Source of the DNA: Candidatus Latescibacterota bacterium
GTDB taxonomy: Bacteria > Latescibacterota > UBA2968 > GCA-2709665
Direction of reading: 5' to 3'
Assembly (NCBI GenBank): GCA_965222075.1
Contig: OZ244937.1
Span: 1-64,000 of the forward strand
Length of the DNA: 64,000 nt
Position 1 is the stretch's first letter. The number at the start of each line of letters is the position of its first letter. A model generated the notes under the pieces. It made no database searches. It saw only the letters and a program-made list of their open reading frames with translations, and was not told the origin of the DNA. A program made the translations under genes and the position numbers. Shown piece after piece: positions 8,292-19,036 of this stretch.

Positions 8292-11200
8292 ATGGATCGC
8301 AAGCTTCTGTGCTTGGGCGTTGTGATCGCGGTTGCAGTAGTGCTGGCCGGTGCAGATGAGCTGCGGGCCGGTATCACCGGGAAGATCATCGGCGTGGTTC
8401 GGGATGCAGCCGGGACGCCGCTGCCGGGCGCCAATGTGGTTCTCAAGGAGGTCAACCTGGGGGGCACTGCGGACGCCGATAGCTACTATATGATTCTCAA
8501 CGTGCCCCCTGGAACCTACACGCTGACGGCTTCGTTGATCGGGTACGAGACAGTGTCCAAGACCGGCGTGGGGGTGATCGTGGACCATACCACCACCATC
8601 GATTTCTCCCTGAAAGAGGCGGCCGTGGAGCTGCAGGAGATCGTGGTGGTTGCGGAGCGTCCGCTGGTGGAGCCGGACAAGACATCGAGCAAGTATACGG
8701 TGGACCTCGACGAGGTGGAGCGGAGCCTGAGTTCGGGCCGGAGCACGGCCGAACTCCTGCAGTTGCTGCCCGGGATTGCCGTGGATGGATCCAACCGGAT
8801 TCGGGGCGGATTTGTGGGCGGCGCAATGTACTACGGAACCGACGTGGCCTACATGGTGGACGGGGTCCGGATGAACTACAACGACAACCGGGGGGGAGGC
8901 TCGGCCGGAGCTTTCACGACGGTCAACCGGGGCATCATCCAGGAACTCGCGGTGCTGACGGGGGTGACGTCGGCAGAGTACGGCAACGCCCAGGGGGGCG
9001 TGGTTTCGATCGTGACCAAGGATGGGGGCAGCCAGTACAAAGGATGGCTTGAGACCCGGTATGAGCCGTCGGGGAAGAAGCACTGGGGGGCAAACGTCTT
9101 CGACGCGCCCCAACACCGGGACAAGGCGACCTGGGATGATCCAAATTGGCGCAATGAGAAGCATCCCGACACAGGGGAGCTGATTCACGTGCGGTCGGAC
9201 TACACGGACCAGTTGGGATGGGACGTGGAGGGCAACCTGTCGGGTCCGATCGGGGCCAATGTCTCGTTTGTAGCCACGCTCAAGCACAGCCGCGTGGCCA
9301 ACCCCCTGCCCGGTCCGGAGAGGACGGGGTTTTACAACGACCGGGGACAGTTCGTGGCAACGGGCCCGAACAACATAACGACATCGGGGAACCTGACGTT
9401 CAGGCCGACGCCTGAGTTGAAGGTGAAAGTGGGAGGACTCTACCAGTGGTGGAAGATCTGGGCCGGTTCAACCCCGGACACCTATACCGCGGGGGTGGGG
9501 GTGTCCACCTTCCTGTCCGGGGTGGTGCGGGGGACGACCGACAATGGGCGGGACCTGTTCCTGCCGGAGAAGTGGTCGGGGGGGGGGCGCCAGACCAACA
9601 CGGAGGAGCTGATGTATGTCGTGTTCACCCAAACCCTTTCTCCCAGGACGTTCTACGAGGTACGGATCTCACACAGCCGGTCGCAGTCCGACACGTCGGG
9701 GACCAGCGACGCCACGGAGCCAAACAAAAAGGACGCTGCCGGGTGGTTCAACCTCGCCCGGAAGGTGAGCCGGTACAATGTGTCCGACCGGAAGCGCTTC
9801 GGCATCAAGGTGGACCTGTCCTCGCAGATGACCAAGGGACACTTTGTCAAAGCGGGGCTGGAATTCCTGAGAGGGAGTGTGCATCTGTTCCAGCGGTGGG
9901 ACTCGAACCCGGCGGATCGACGGTTCGTGTTCATCGGCAAAGATAACATCTTCGGAAAGCCGGAGCACCCGATTTTCTTCAACGCCTACGTGCAGGACAA
10001 GATGGAGTTTGAGGGGATGATCGTGAACGTGGGAATCCGGATGGATGGGTTCAACCCGAACACACGGGATGTGCCGCTGGGGGCCTACATGGGCGCGCCG
10101 ATGTTCTACAGATACACGTGGGCTCGGGACTACCTCTACCAGGAGGGCTCGCACTATGTCACGGATTCCCAGCAGCAACTGAGGTTCAGCCCCCGGTTGG
10201 GGCTCTCCCACCCGATCACCCAGCGGTCGCAGATGTGGTTCTCGTCCGGGGTCTACCTGCAGTGGCTGGACCTCTCGGCCTACTATGAGAAGGACTACCA
10301 ATCGTTTGGGCAGGGGGTGGATCGGGACGTCAACGGGAATGGGAAGATCGACGATACCGAACGGTTCAACCAGATGCGGATGACGTACGCCGGCATTCGC
10401 GGGAACATAAACTTGAAGCCGGCCAAGACGACGGCCTTCGAAGCGGGGATGGCCTGGAACTTCGTCTCCGACTACACGGCAACACTGTCCGCTTACTTCA
10501 AGAGCGAGGTAGACCATCCGAGCAACCTCTCCGGCCAGGGTTGGCGCGGGGCGTGGACCGGCTATAAGCGCTACAACCGCTACACGGTCAATGGCGTCCA
10601 CGGCAACACCCGGGGGATCGAGCTGTCGGCGCGAAAGGAGTTCAGCCACCACTTCTCGTTCAAGGTCTCCTATAACTACCAGTGGTCGCAGTGGACCACG
10701 GGCAAGCGGTTCACCGGGACCATGCGGATCCAACAGGATGCGGAATCGGTGCGCCGGATGGCCGGGACGATCATGTACACCCACCCGGAGACGGGGGCGC
10801 CGGTGCCTCAGTTGTTTCTGGATTGGGCCCCCCACCCGTCCGGGCGGGAGGTCCCGGTACCGATGACGGAGCAGCAGATCGTGGACCAGGGGAAGCAGGT
10901 GCAGGGAAGGTACAATAGCGAACTGGACTGCTGCCAGGCAGGGTCGTACTCGGGAGTGACGAATTGGGAGGGGCTGCTGCCGACGCCAGGCCCCCCGGGC
11001 GTGAATGGGCTTAAAGTCCAGGTCGGGGGCACGAGCAGGGTGGAGATGATGCCCAAGCCCGGGGACCGGCGGAATTTCGGGAGCGCGGTGTTTCTGGCTT
11101 CGCTGCCGGACAAGTTCCAGTTCGGGCCGCCCTTCCTGGGGCGGCTGCTGAGCAACGTCCGGATGAACCTGGTCACCCGGATCCAGACCGGGACACTGTT

Positions 11201-11510
11201 CCGGTATACGCCGCCGCAGGGCGGGGAGCAATCCTGGCGCGAGTTGGCGATGGACTCCCGGACCGACCTGGCGTTGGAGAAGACCTTCAATGTAAACCGC
11301 CGGGTGCAGCCGACGGTCTTCTTAGATGTTCGCAACCTGTTCAACCAGCAGGATCGGACCAACCCCACGAGCAGTTCGGATTATACCTATTTCGGAATTG
11401 TTGGCTCAAAGCCGGACAACCCCATCTACCTGTCATACGGCGATGCGAGGGATCGGATCTATGCCCACACACCGCGTCTGACACACATCGGCGTGCGGCT
11501 CGCCTGGTAG
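8292..11510 (+). CDS. TonB-dependent receptor 1 (N-terminal carboxypeptidase-regulatory-like domain)
   Basis: GITGKIIG..PLPGANV, plug motif SAEYGNAQGGVVSIVTKDG, YVQDKMEFEGMIVNVGIR, C-terminal GVRLAW. Confidence 0.92.
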   Translation: MDRKLLCLGVVIAVAVVLAGADELRAGITGKIIGVVRDAAGTPLPGANVVLKEVNLGGTADADSYYMILNVPPGTYTLTASLIGYETVSKTGVGVIVDHTTTIDFSLKEAAVELQEIVVVAERPLVEPDKTSSKYTVDLDEVERSLSSGRSTAELLQLLPGIAVDGSNRIRGGFVGGAMYYGTDVAYMVDGVRMNYNDNRGGGSAGAFTTVNRGIIQELAVLTGVTSAEYGNAQGGVVSIVTKDGGSQYKGWLETRYEPSGKKHWGANVFDAPQHRDKATWDDPNWRNEKHPDTGELIHVRSDYTDQLGWDVEGNLSGPIGANVSFVATLKHSRVANPLPGPERTGFYNDRGQFVATGPNNITTSGNLTFRPTPELKVKVGGLYQWWKIWAGSTPDTYTAGVGVSTFLSGVVRGTTDNGRDLFLPEKWSGGGRQTNTEELMYVVFTQTLSPRTFYEVRISHSRSQSDTSGTSDATEPNKKDAAGWFNLARKVSRYNVSDRKRFGIKVDLSSQMTKGHFVKAGLEFLRGSVHLFQRWDSNPADRRFVFIGKDNIFGKPEHPIFFNAYVQDKMEFEGMIVNVGIRMDGFNPNTRDVPLGAYMGAPMFYRYTWARDYLYQEGSHYVTDSQQQLRFSPRLGLSHPITQRSQMWFSSGVYLQWLDLSAYYEKDYQSFGQGVDRDVNGNGKIDDTERFNQMRMTYAGIRGNINLKPAKTTAFEAGMAWNFVSDYTATLSAYFKSEVDHPSNLSGQGWRGAWTGYKRYNRYTVNGVHGNTRGIELSARKEFSHHFSFKVSYNYQWSQWTTGKRFTGTMRIQQDAESVRRMAGTIMYTHPETGAPVPQLFLDWAPHPSGREVPVPMTEQQIVDQGKQVQGRYNSELDCCQAGSYSGVTNWEGLLPTPGPPGVNGLKVQVGGTSRVEMMPKPGDRRNFGSAVFLASLPDKFQFGPPFLGRLLSNVRMNLVTRIQTGTLFRYTPPQGGEQSWRELAMDSRTDLALEKTFNVNRRVQPTVFLDVRNLFNQQDRTNPTSSSDYTYFGIVGSKPDNPIYLSYGDARDRIYAHTPRLTHIGVRLAW

Positions 11511-11598
11511 CGGTGGGGGGAGCGGAGCGTCGCCCGGGAGGCGATTGTCCCCAATTCCACCCTGGCTTATGTTTGTTTAACACAAGGAGGCAGGAGCT

Positions 11599-14064
11599 AT
11601 GAAAATCGGCTGTCTGAACCTCGCTTTGAAGGCAGGGACCGCGATCAGCACGGCCCTGATCGCTGGCGCCGTCTGGCTGGAGACGACACAGGCGCAGATG
11701 AACCCGCACTCCATGCCCAGGAAGTATGCGATGAACACCCGGGCGATGATGATGTCGTCGTGGACCAACATGGGCACTCAGGGGGGGAGCGGGGATTACA
11801 ACTGGGGCGGCCGGAAAAACTCCTACCCGAGCATCGGCCTCGGGATAGGGGGCTACGGTGACCGGATGAGGAATCTCGGTTCCTCCCCGTGGGGTACATA
11901 TTATTGGGGCTACGGCACCTCCGGCGGGGAGGGTACCTTTGTTGTTAACGGAGAAACCAGGACGGTCACCATGGCCGGCCCACGCTTGAGCCAGGATTTC
12001 CTTGAGAACGTTCGGGCGCGGGTCTACGACCCGAAAGGGAAACCGGAGGAGAATTGGGGGGTGCCCAACCCGATTGTCCCACTCTGGAGGGGGGCGAAGT
12101 CGGGGGAATGGACGGGCATCGGAGGAGAGATACCGCCGATGGCCACCTACTGGCCCGGCATCACCGCTGCGGACCAGTGGAGCATCTATGCGAACGACCT
12201 CAATCCACAGAACACCGAAATGCCCCGAATGGCCAACTACGGGCTGAGCGGCTACATCGTGGACCTGACGCTCCCCGAAGAGACGATTATCGCGCAGTGG
12301 GTCGACATCCGGCACGGTGTTCAGATCACCCGGCGGGTCTACAACTGGAGCCACCCCGATTTCAACGATTTTTACATCCAGGATCTGACCTTCACCAACA
12401 CCGGGGACTTCGACGGGGACGGTGCCGAGGACAACCCGGGTGGGACGGCGACGCTCCAGGAGTTGTACTTCGGGTTCATGAACATCGAGGAATGCTGTGC
12501 ATACGGGACGGGCTACGGACATTCGAGAAACCCGTTTCTGGACCCGGACGACATCTACTACTACACGGACGCGGCTGGCTACCCCGGTGTGTTCCCCCCG
12601 GGGATGAGGGCGAGCATCTGGCGAGACGCGGACAATCCGAGAGACGCCATTAACGACCTGGGCGACCCCTGGTTCGACGCTATAGGGCCGAGTAGGTTTG
12701 ATATCGGCCAGACCGAGGGCCAGCCGAGGTCTCCGTCCCACTATGCGATGGTCCCGCTGGCCTTCCGGAACGGGGGGGAGTCCCACACGTTCAACGACTG
12801 GGACCAGGGGAAATACGTAGACCCTCAGGGGGAGCAGCCCTACGCGGCCAGGTATTGGAACGCCCGCGGCCAACAGGACTTCGACTACCCGTATACGGAG
12901 ACCCACTCCCAGACGCAACTGTCCCAGATCTTTACCGAGAAGGTCATTCAGGACAATCCCGATGAGAACAACCCGGCCCACCGCACCGGCTACATCCACG
13001 TGCAGATCTACGGGCCCTACACCCTTCAGCCGGGCGAAAGCGGCAAGACCGTGATGGCCTGGGTGGCCGGCCATCCGGCGCAGATGGTGCCCGATCATTC
13101 ACAGCCGGGCACCTACCACATGGACTACCTCGCGTGGGATCAGGCGGACAGACCGTCGGAGGATAAGCAGCAGGACATCGTGACCCTGGGCGAACAGGCG
13201 CTTTTGGAGAACGCGCAGATGGCCCATTTCACCTACCAGGCGAGCTACCAGATCCCGCCGGCGCCGACCAACGCGTTCATCCCCCCTGCCGACCTGACGG
13301 CCAGCGAAAACGCCCACCAGTTGATCAGGTGGTCCGATAAGGCGGACCAGGCGGTCAACCCCCTCACCGGGGAGCAGGATATCCTGGGCCACCGGGTCTA
13401 CCGCTCGACCCATTTTGGCTACGGGCCGTGGGAACTCCACGACACGATCAAGCCCGGGGAGAGCGGTCAGAGCAACAATGGGAAGTGGACCCACGACGCG
13501 GCGTCCGGGATGTACGAATATGAGGATCTGGATTCAGCGGCCGGATTCACCTACCACTACTCGGTCCGCCCGTTCGCCAAGGGCTACAGCGCCTGGACGA
13601 GTTCCGACGGGAAGAAGACCTTAGCGGACATCCCGTCGGCCCGGGTGCGGGCGAACGTGCAGAAGGGCTACGAGAGCGGATGGGGGCCTCAATCGGCCCG
13701 GACGTACACCGATGGGAGGGAGCCGTTCCAGCCGGTGACACCCGAACTCGAGCGGTTGGATAAGCAGGTGGTGGTGGTACCCAACCCCTATCGGGCGGAC
13801 GGCGAGCACCAGTATCCGAATCAAAAAACCATCCGTTTCGTGAACCTGCCGTCGAAGTGCAAGGTCTACATCTATTCGGCGTCCGGAGACCGGGTGCGGA
13901 CCCTGGCGCACGATGACCCCACCAGGGGGGAGAGGCCGTTTTTCCACTTGACGGGGAACCTGGCGGGTGACATCCCGACGGGATTCTACCACTTTGTTGT
14001 GGTGTCCGAGGTGCCGGGCAGCGAAGGGAAGGTCCAGCGTGGGGCCTTCGTGGTGATCAAGTAG
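11599..14064 (+). CDS. Large secreted TBDR-partner protein with Fn3-like domain and T9SS-like C-terminal domain
   Basis: Signal peptide; GHRVYRS..WEL; C-terminal VVVPNPY...IRFVNLP.KC..YIY...G.Y.FVV...FVVIK. Paralog of 33987-36545. Confidence 0.78.
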   Translation: MKIGCLNLALKAGTAISTALIAGAVWLETTQAQMNPHSMPRKYAMNTRAMMMSSWTNMGTQGGSGDYNWGGRKNSYPSIGLGIGGYGDRMRNLGSSPWGTYYWGYGTSGGEGTFVVNGETRTVTMAGPRLSQDFLENVRARVYDPKGKPEENWGVPNPIVPLWRGAKSGEWTGIGGEIPPMATYWPGITAADQWSIYANDLNPQNTEMPRMANYGLSGYIVDLTLPEETIIAQWVDIRHGVQITRRVYNWSHPDFNDFYIQDLTFTNTGDFDGDGAEDNPGGTATLQELYFGFMNIEECCAYGTGYGHSRNPFLDPDDIYYYTDAAGYPGVFPPGMRASIWRDADNPRDAINDLGDPWFDAIGPSRFDIGQTEGQPRSPSHYAMVPLAFRNGGESHTFNDWDQGKYVDPQGEQPYAARYWNARGQQDFDYPYTETHSQTQLSQIFTEKVIQDNPDENNPAHRTGYIHVQIYGPYTLQPGESGKTVMAWVAGHPAQMVPDHSQPGTYHMDYLAWDQADRPSEDKQQDIVTLGEQALLENAQMAHFTYQASYQIPPAPTNAFIPPADLTASENAHQLIRWSDKADQAVNPLTGEQDILGHRVYRSTHFGYGPWELHDTIKPGESGQSNNGKWTHDAASGMYEYEDLDSAAGFTYHYSVRPFAKGYSAWTSSDGKKTLADIPSARVRANVQKGYESGWGPQSARTYTDGREPFQPVTPELERLDKQVVVVPNPYRADGEHQYPNQKTIRFVNLPSKCKVYIYSASGDRVRTLAHDDPTRGERPFFHLTGNLAGDIPTGFYHFVVVSEVPGSEGKVQRGAFVVIK

Positions 14065-14084
14065 TTCTAACTATATAAGGAGGA

Positions 14085-15086
14085 ATGGCCGTGAAACGGA
14101 ACAACCTGATCGTCGCGGCGGTTCTCGGCCTGCTGCTGATCGTTTCGCCGGTGTATGCCCAAGAGGAGCCAGGACCGATCGTAGGAGAGGCAGGGATCAA
14201 GAAGGTAAACCTCTCCGGGATGCAATTTTTGAAGATCGGTCAGGGCGCCCGGGCTGTGGGGATGGGGGACGCCTTTACTGCGGTGGCCGACGACATCAAC
14301 GCCATCTTTTGGAACGGGGCCGGGCTGGTCCACGTGGAGCGGTTCGCGTACCAGGCGAACTACACCAGATGGATAGGTGATACCAACGTCTACTCCCTGG
14401 CGGCGGCCTGGAATACCCGCTCGTCACGGGGTGAGGTCCTCGGTTTCAGCATCCTCTCTCATCAGCCTCCAACGATCCTGGAGACGACCGTTTTCCAGCC
14501 GACCGGGACCGGGGGGACGGTCGATGTGAGTCAAATCTCCGTAGGTTTTCTCTACATGATAAAGTTCACGGACAAGCTTTCGGTCAGCGCCAAGGTCAAT
14601 TACGTGCAGGAGGTGCTCTTCGACACTAAGACGCAGGGCTTCATCGTCGACATAGGGAGCTTTTTCTACACCGGGTTCAAGAGCCTGCGGGTGGCCATGG
14701 CCTTAAAGAACTTCGGGCCGGACCGGACGGTGGAGGATCGGGCCTACCTGATGCCGCTCTTCTACATCATGGGCGTGGCCGGGGAGGTTTACGGCGAGAA
14801 GAGCGATCCGAGCTATCTGACGCTGTCGGCCGAGAGCGTGTATGCGATTGACTACGAGCAGCGCTACCACTTCGGGGCGGAACTCTGGCTGCAGAATACG
14901 CTTGCGCTGCGCGCCGGGTGGAAGTGGAACTACGACCTGGAGTCGATCGCCCTGGGCGCCGGCTTCAAGCAGACCGTGGGCGGCCGGACGTTCAACGTAG
15001 ACATCGCCTATTCGGTACTGCAGAAAGAGGGCGGCGTCTCCCTGTTCGGCCCTCCGATCCGGATCTCTGTGGGCGGGGCGTTCTGA
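14085..15086 (+). CDS. PorV/PorQ (UPF0164) family beta-barrel protein
   Basis: FLKIGQGARAVGMGDAF..ADD.NAIFWN motif, LALRAGWK, C-terminal F. Confidence 0.88.
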   Translation: MAVKRNNLIVAAVLGLLLIVSPVYAQEEPGPIVGEAGIKKVNLSGMQFLKIGQGARAVGMGDAFTAVADDINAIFWNGAGLVHVERFAYQANYTRWIGDTNVYSLAAAWNTRSSRGEVLGFSILSHQPPTILETTVFQPTGTGGTVDVSQISVGFLYMIKFTDKLSVSAKVNYVQEVLFDTKTQGFIVDIGSFFYTGFKSLRVAMALKNFGPDRTVEDRAYLMPLFYIMGVAGEVYGEKSDPSYLTLSAESVYAIDYEQRYHFGAELWLQNTLALRAGWKWNYDLESIALGAGFKQTVGGRTFNVDIAYSVLQKEGGVSLFGPPIRISVGGAF

Positions 15087-15147
15087 GATCGGTGCAGGGG
15101 ACACTCTGTCCCCAGTGGGGTGATTTCCCCTCTGATACCGGATAATC

Positions 15148-15191
15148 CAACGGGCGACCGACGGGGCTTCGGGCCCTCCGGTCGCCCGTTG
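15148..15191. terminator. Strong intergenic hairpin (REP-like or mRNA-stabilising) after the PorV/PorQ gene
   Basis: caacgggcgaccg...cggtcgcccgttg; no clear U-tract. Confidence 0.5.
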
Positions 15192-15215
15192 TATTCAGGA
15201 TTGAATTGGGTACGA

Positions 15216-18200
15216 TGCATTCCGTATCTCCTTTTCTGAACGATAGACCACGGACGGCGGACGGTAGCCTCTCCTCTATTGTCTCCCGTCGATGCCTGCT
15301 GAATGCACTCCGGATTGCGGCGCTGCTGGCGTTTTGGGGTCTCGGTTGGACCGACGCGTGGGCCGATCGGGGGGCCGTCGCCCATTCCGCCCAGGGCCAG
15401 CGAGCCTGGGCTGTCTGCCGGGAGTCGGGGCCTGTCGCCCTGACAGAGATCTGGATGGACGGAGGACAGGGCGGTTCTGCCCGGCGTCTGGGGACGTTTC
15501 CAGGGTATCCTGGCAGGCTGGGATGGGCCGCCGACGGGCATCGGCTGCTCTACCGGGAAGAGCCGCTGGAACTCCCGATGTTCGGGGTGTCTTTAGACGG
15601 ACAACGGACCGTGGACCTGGCCCCGGCTGGGCTCTGGGAGATTCCGATGGGCGGAGGGCCGGTCCGGCGTCTAACAGAAGGGGAGGCCGACACGTCGGCG
15701 GTGTTCCGCGCGGCGGTCGGGGGCCGTGCAGCAGAGGTGGAAGGATCGCCCGAAGGGGAGGTGGGTGAGGCGCTTGCGGGCGTGGGCAGGGGATTCAGCC
15801 TGACTTCCACGGCCTACAGCGCCCTGCACCGGTGGGATTTCCGCGCAGCGAGAAGGTTTTACCGCCGTGCGGCCCGGGAGTTCGAGAAACTGCCGGAGAA
15901 GTACCCGGGGGTGGGTCTATTTCAGGAGCCATTCAGGACCTACGCCCGAGCGCTGGAGGTTCAGGCCCGCCGGGCCCGGGAGGAGGAGGCCCGCTGGGTC
16001 TGCCGGGAACACCTGATGGCTATCGGCGACCTTCTCCGGGTCTACGAACGGGTCCACGAAGGACAGCGGCCCTCCGACTTAGAGATGCTCAAAGAATGGG
16101 TGCAGGCACAGCTTCCGTCGGATGCGGACCCGGAGCCCCTGGAACTCCTGTTCCGCTCGCCGGCCGACCCGGAGAAGGGCCGGGCAATCAGCTACTATTA
16201 CCGGCCGGACGCGGCGGAGGGGGAGGCGGCGGTGACCAGCTTCTTCTACGAGGGCCGCTTAGTCGAACTGGTCCGGGAGGGGAGAGGATTCCGGGTGGTG
16301 GACCGGGCTGTGGGACGGGCGCAGGTGGACTCCCTGCTGGGGGTGGGGGTTTTGGAGGCAGATGGGAACGGGACGGAGGCGATCTCCGTGCTGGAGATGG
16401 TCACACAGGTGGACCCGAAGTTTGCCCCGGGGCATTCCAAGTTGGGCTACGCTTATTTGAAGGCCAGGCAGTTGGATCGGGCTCTGTCCTCGTTCGAGCG
16501 GGCCGTCTCTCTGGACCACAGGCTGGCCGAGGTCTACAACGGTCTGGGCCTGGTGTTCCGGGAGCGCCCGAAGGGGCTCTACGACGCGATCCGCTACTTC
16601 CGGAAGGCGCTCCGGTGGGACCGAGACTACATCGAGGCCAGGTTCCACATCGTCGAGGCTCGGCACAAAATGGGTGAGCACGACCTGAGGCGGGATGCGG
16701 AGCGGGTCATCGCCATGGACCCGACGTTCGCGCCGGTCTACCTGTTGTTGGGGGAGTGGTACGAGGAACACGAAGAGGACTATGAGACCGCAGCGCTGTA
16801 TTACGCCCGCTACATGTCCTTTCGGCCCAACGATCCGGAGGCCAGACACCGTTTGGCCAATGTCTACCTGAAGGCGCAGAACTACGATCGAATCGTGCAG
16901 CTCCTGTCGGACTACGTTCGGGAACACCCCGAGGAGGTCGAGGTCCTGCCTATTCTGGCACAGGTCTGCATCAAGCAGGAGCGCCTGGAGTGGGCGGAGG
17001 CGTATTTCAACGGGTACCTGAAGGGGATCGATCCGCAGGAGCGGATGCTCTACGAGGATATCCGCCTGCTGGCGTCGGAGGAGGAGGTCGCGGCGTTCAA
17101 TGGGACTGCGGGGGCCGAGCGGGAGGCGTTCCTGGGCCGGTTCTGGACGGGGCGGGACCCGAATCTGCTGACCACCCCCAATGAGCGGCGGTTAGAGCAC
17201 TACCGCCGGGTCTGGCACGCCCGGCAGAACTTCTCGGAGGGGCGGCAGCCGTGGGACCGGCGGGGGGAGGTCTACATCCGGTTCGGGGAGCCGGACTATC
17301 GGTCGCGGTCGGACATGATCAACCTGGACCAGAGCCTGGCGGTGCAGCGGGTGAAGGAACGGATGGTTCGGGAGGTCTACGGGGAGGAGGCGTCGAGTAT
17401 GAGCTACTTCGGGCCGGTCTACCCGGTGCGCAGCCTCCGGACCAAACTGGGCGGAGCACCAGACATGCGGGTAAATTTAAGAACCGAATGGGACACCGAG
17501 CAGGGGGCTCAGGGGGAGGATGCCGCCCGAAGGGCTGAGGAGAGTGCAAACAGGGGGAACGAGAGCATAAGAGCTGTCGGAGGGGCGGGGGAAGACAATG
17601 CGGCGGGGGACTTTAACCTGACTGCCGAGGATCAGGCCCAGTTTGACCAGGCGAGCAGGCAGGAGATTTTGGTAAGCGATGGGCCGTTGGGGAGCATGTT
17701 CGGGGGCGGGAGCACCAGCCTGTACGATCTCCTTCCCGAGTTTCAATCGGTTTCCAGCCAGGAGGACGCCTCGATGGTGCCGTGGGAGACGTGGGTCTAC
17801 ACGGTGGTGAACGGGGGGATTGAGATTACGTTTACAGACGAGAACCACAACGGGACCTACGACTACGCGCCTCCTCCCCTGGACGCCTATACATCGATCA
17901 GGCAGTTGGCTCTGTTTAACCGGTACAGTCCCCAGCGGGTGGCGGAGCAGTCGGCGCTGATCACGCCCGACTACTATGTGACGCTGGACGTCGATCCGCT
18001 GGAGTTTTATTACGACCTGGCCGATTTCCGGGGGGGACAGGAGGGGCGCACCCTTCTGGAGGTCTATATAGGGGTGCCCCGAAAGTTCGCCCGATACTCC
18101 TCCGAACGGAACGAGACCAACCTGGTGGTCGAACGGGCCGTGGCGGTGCTGGACGAGAAGACCGGGATGGTCTACCGGAGGCAGGGAGACCTGGTGTTCC

Positions 18201-18814
18201 GGAGGGACGGGAACGTGGCCGGGGGGCGCGGGACGTTTGTGCCCGACCTGGTGCGCCTGGAGGTGCCTCCTGGGCACTACCGGATGGAGGTGCAGGTGAA
18301 GGACCGGCTGTCGGGCCGGCAGGGGCGGTACCGACAGAGGGTGGTGCTGGAGGACTACAAGCCGGAAGGGCTGTGGCTGAGCGATCTGGCGCTGGCCTGG
18401 CAGATTGGGGAGACGGGGTCGGAAGACAAATTCCGCAAGGGGGGCCTGCACGTGGTGCCGATACCCACGCGGACCTACAGAAAGGGTCAGAGCGTGTTCG
18501 TCTACTACGAGATCTACAATCTGGTGCGGGACGAGTACGGCAGAACGAATTACCGGATAGAGTATACGATTGGGCCCAAAGGGGGACCGAATCGGGGAGG
18601 GATTATCTTCCACCTGGTACGGACGCTGGTGGGCAGACCGGAGGAGGTGGCCGTAGGCTACGAGCAACTGGGATTTGGAGAGTCGGAAAAGGCGTATATG
18701 GAGTTGGACCTGGCGGCGTCCGATCCCGGGCGACACTATCTGAAGGTGGAGCTGACCGATCTGAAAAGTGGGCAAACGGCGTCAAAGGAGGCGACCTTTG
18801 CGGTTGTGAAATAG
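15216..18814 (+). CDS. TPR + GWxTD-domain protein 1 with N-terminal extension
   Basis: TPR repeats; FW..RDP...NERRLEHYRRV...PWDRRGEVYIRFGEPD; C-terminal VFVYYEIYNL Ig-like domain. Start uncertain. Confidence 0.85.
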
Positions 18815-18844
18815 TCGGTCCCTCGGGTAATTCAGGATCGCGGG

Positions 18845-18888
18845 AGGGCCCACCGGTCTGAAGGGGCCGTTGGGCCCTTTTCTGTTTT
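18845..18888 (+). terminator. Rho-independent terminator
   Basis: agggcccaccggtc...ggccgttgggccct followed by a T-rich tract. Confidence 0.7.
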
Positions 18889-19036
18889 GCGGTGGAGGTT
18901 GAGACCTATAAATAAGGTGCTTGCTTCTCCAAGTGTCTGGTCTATATTTTGCCACGGTGAGTTTCCCGGCGTTGACGCCCATCATTGAAATTGTTGAGTC
19001 CAGCTTCCGTTCCTCCCCCCCCGGGTGGCCCCTCCA

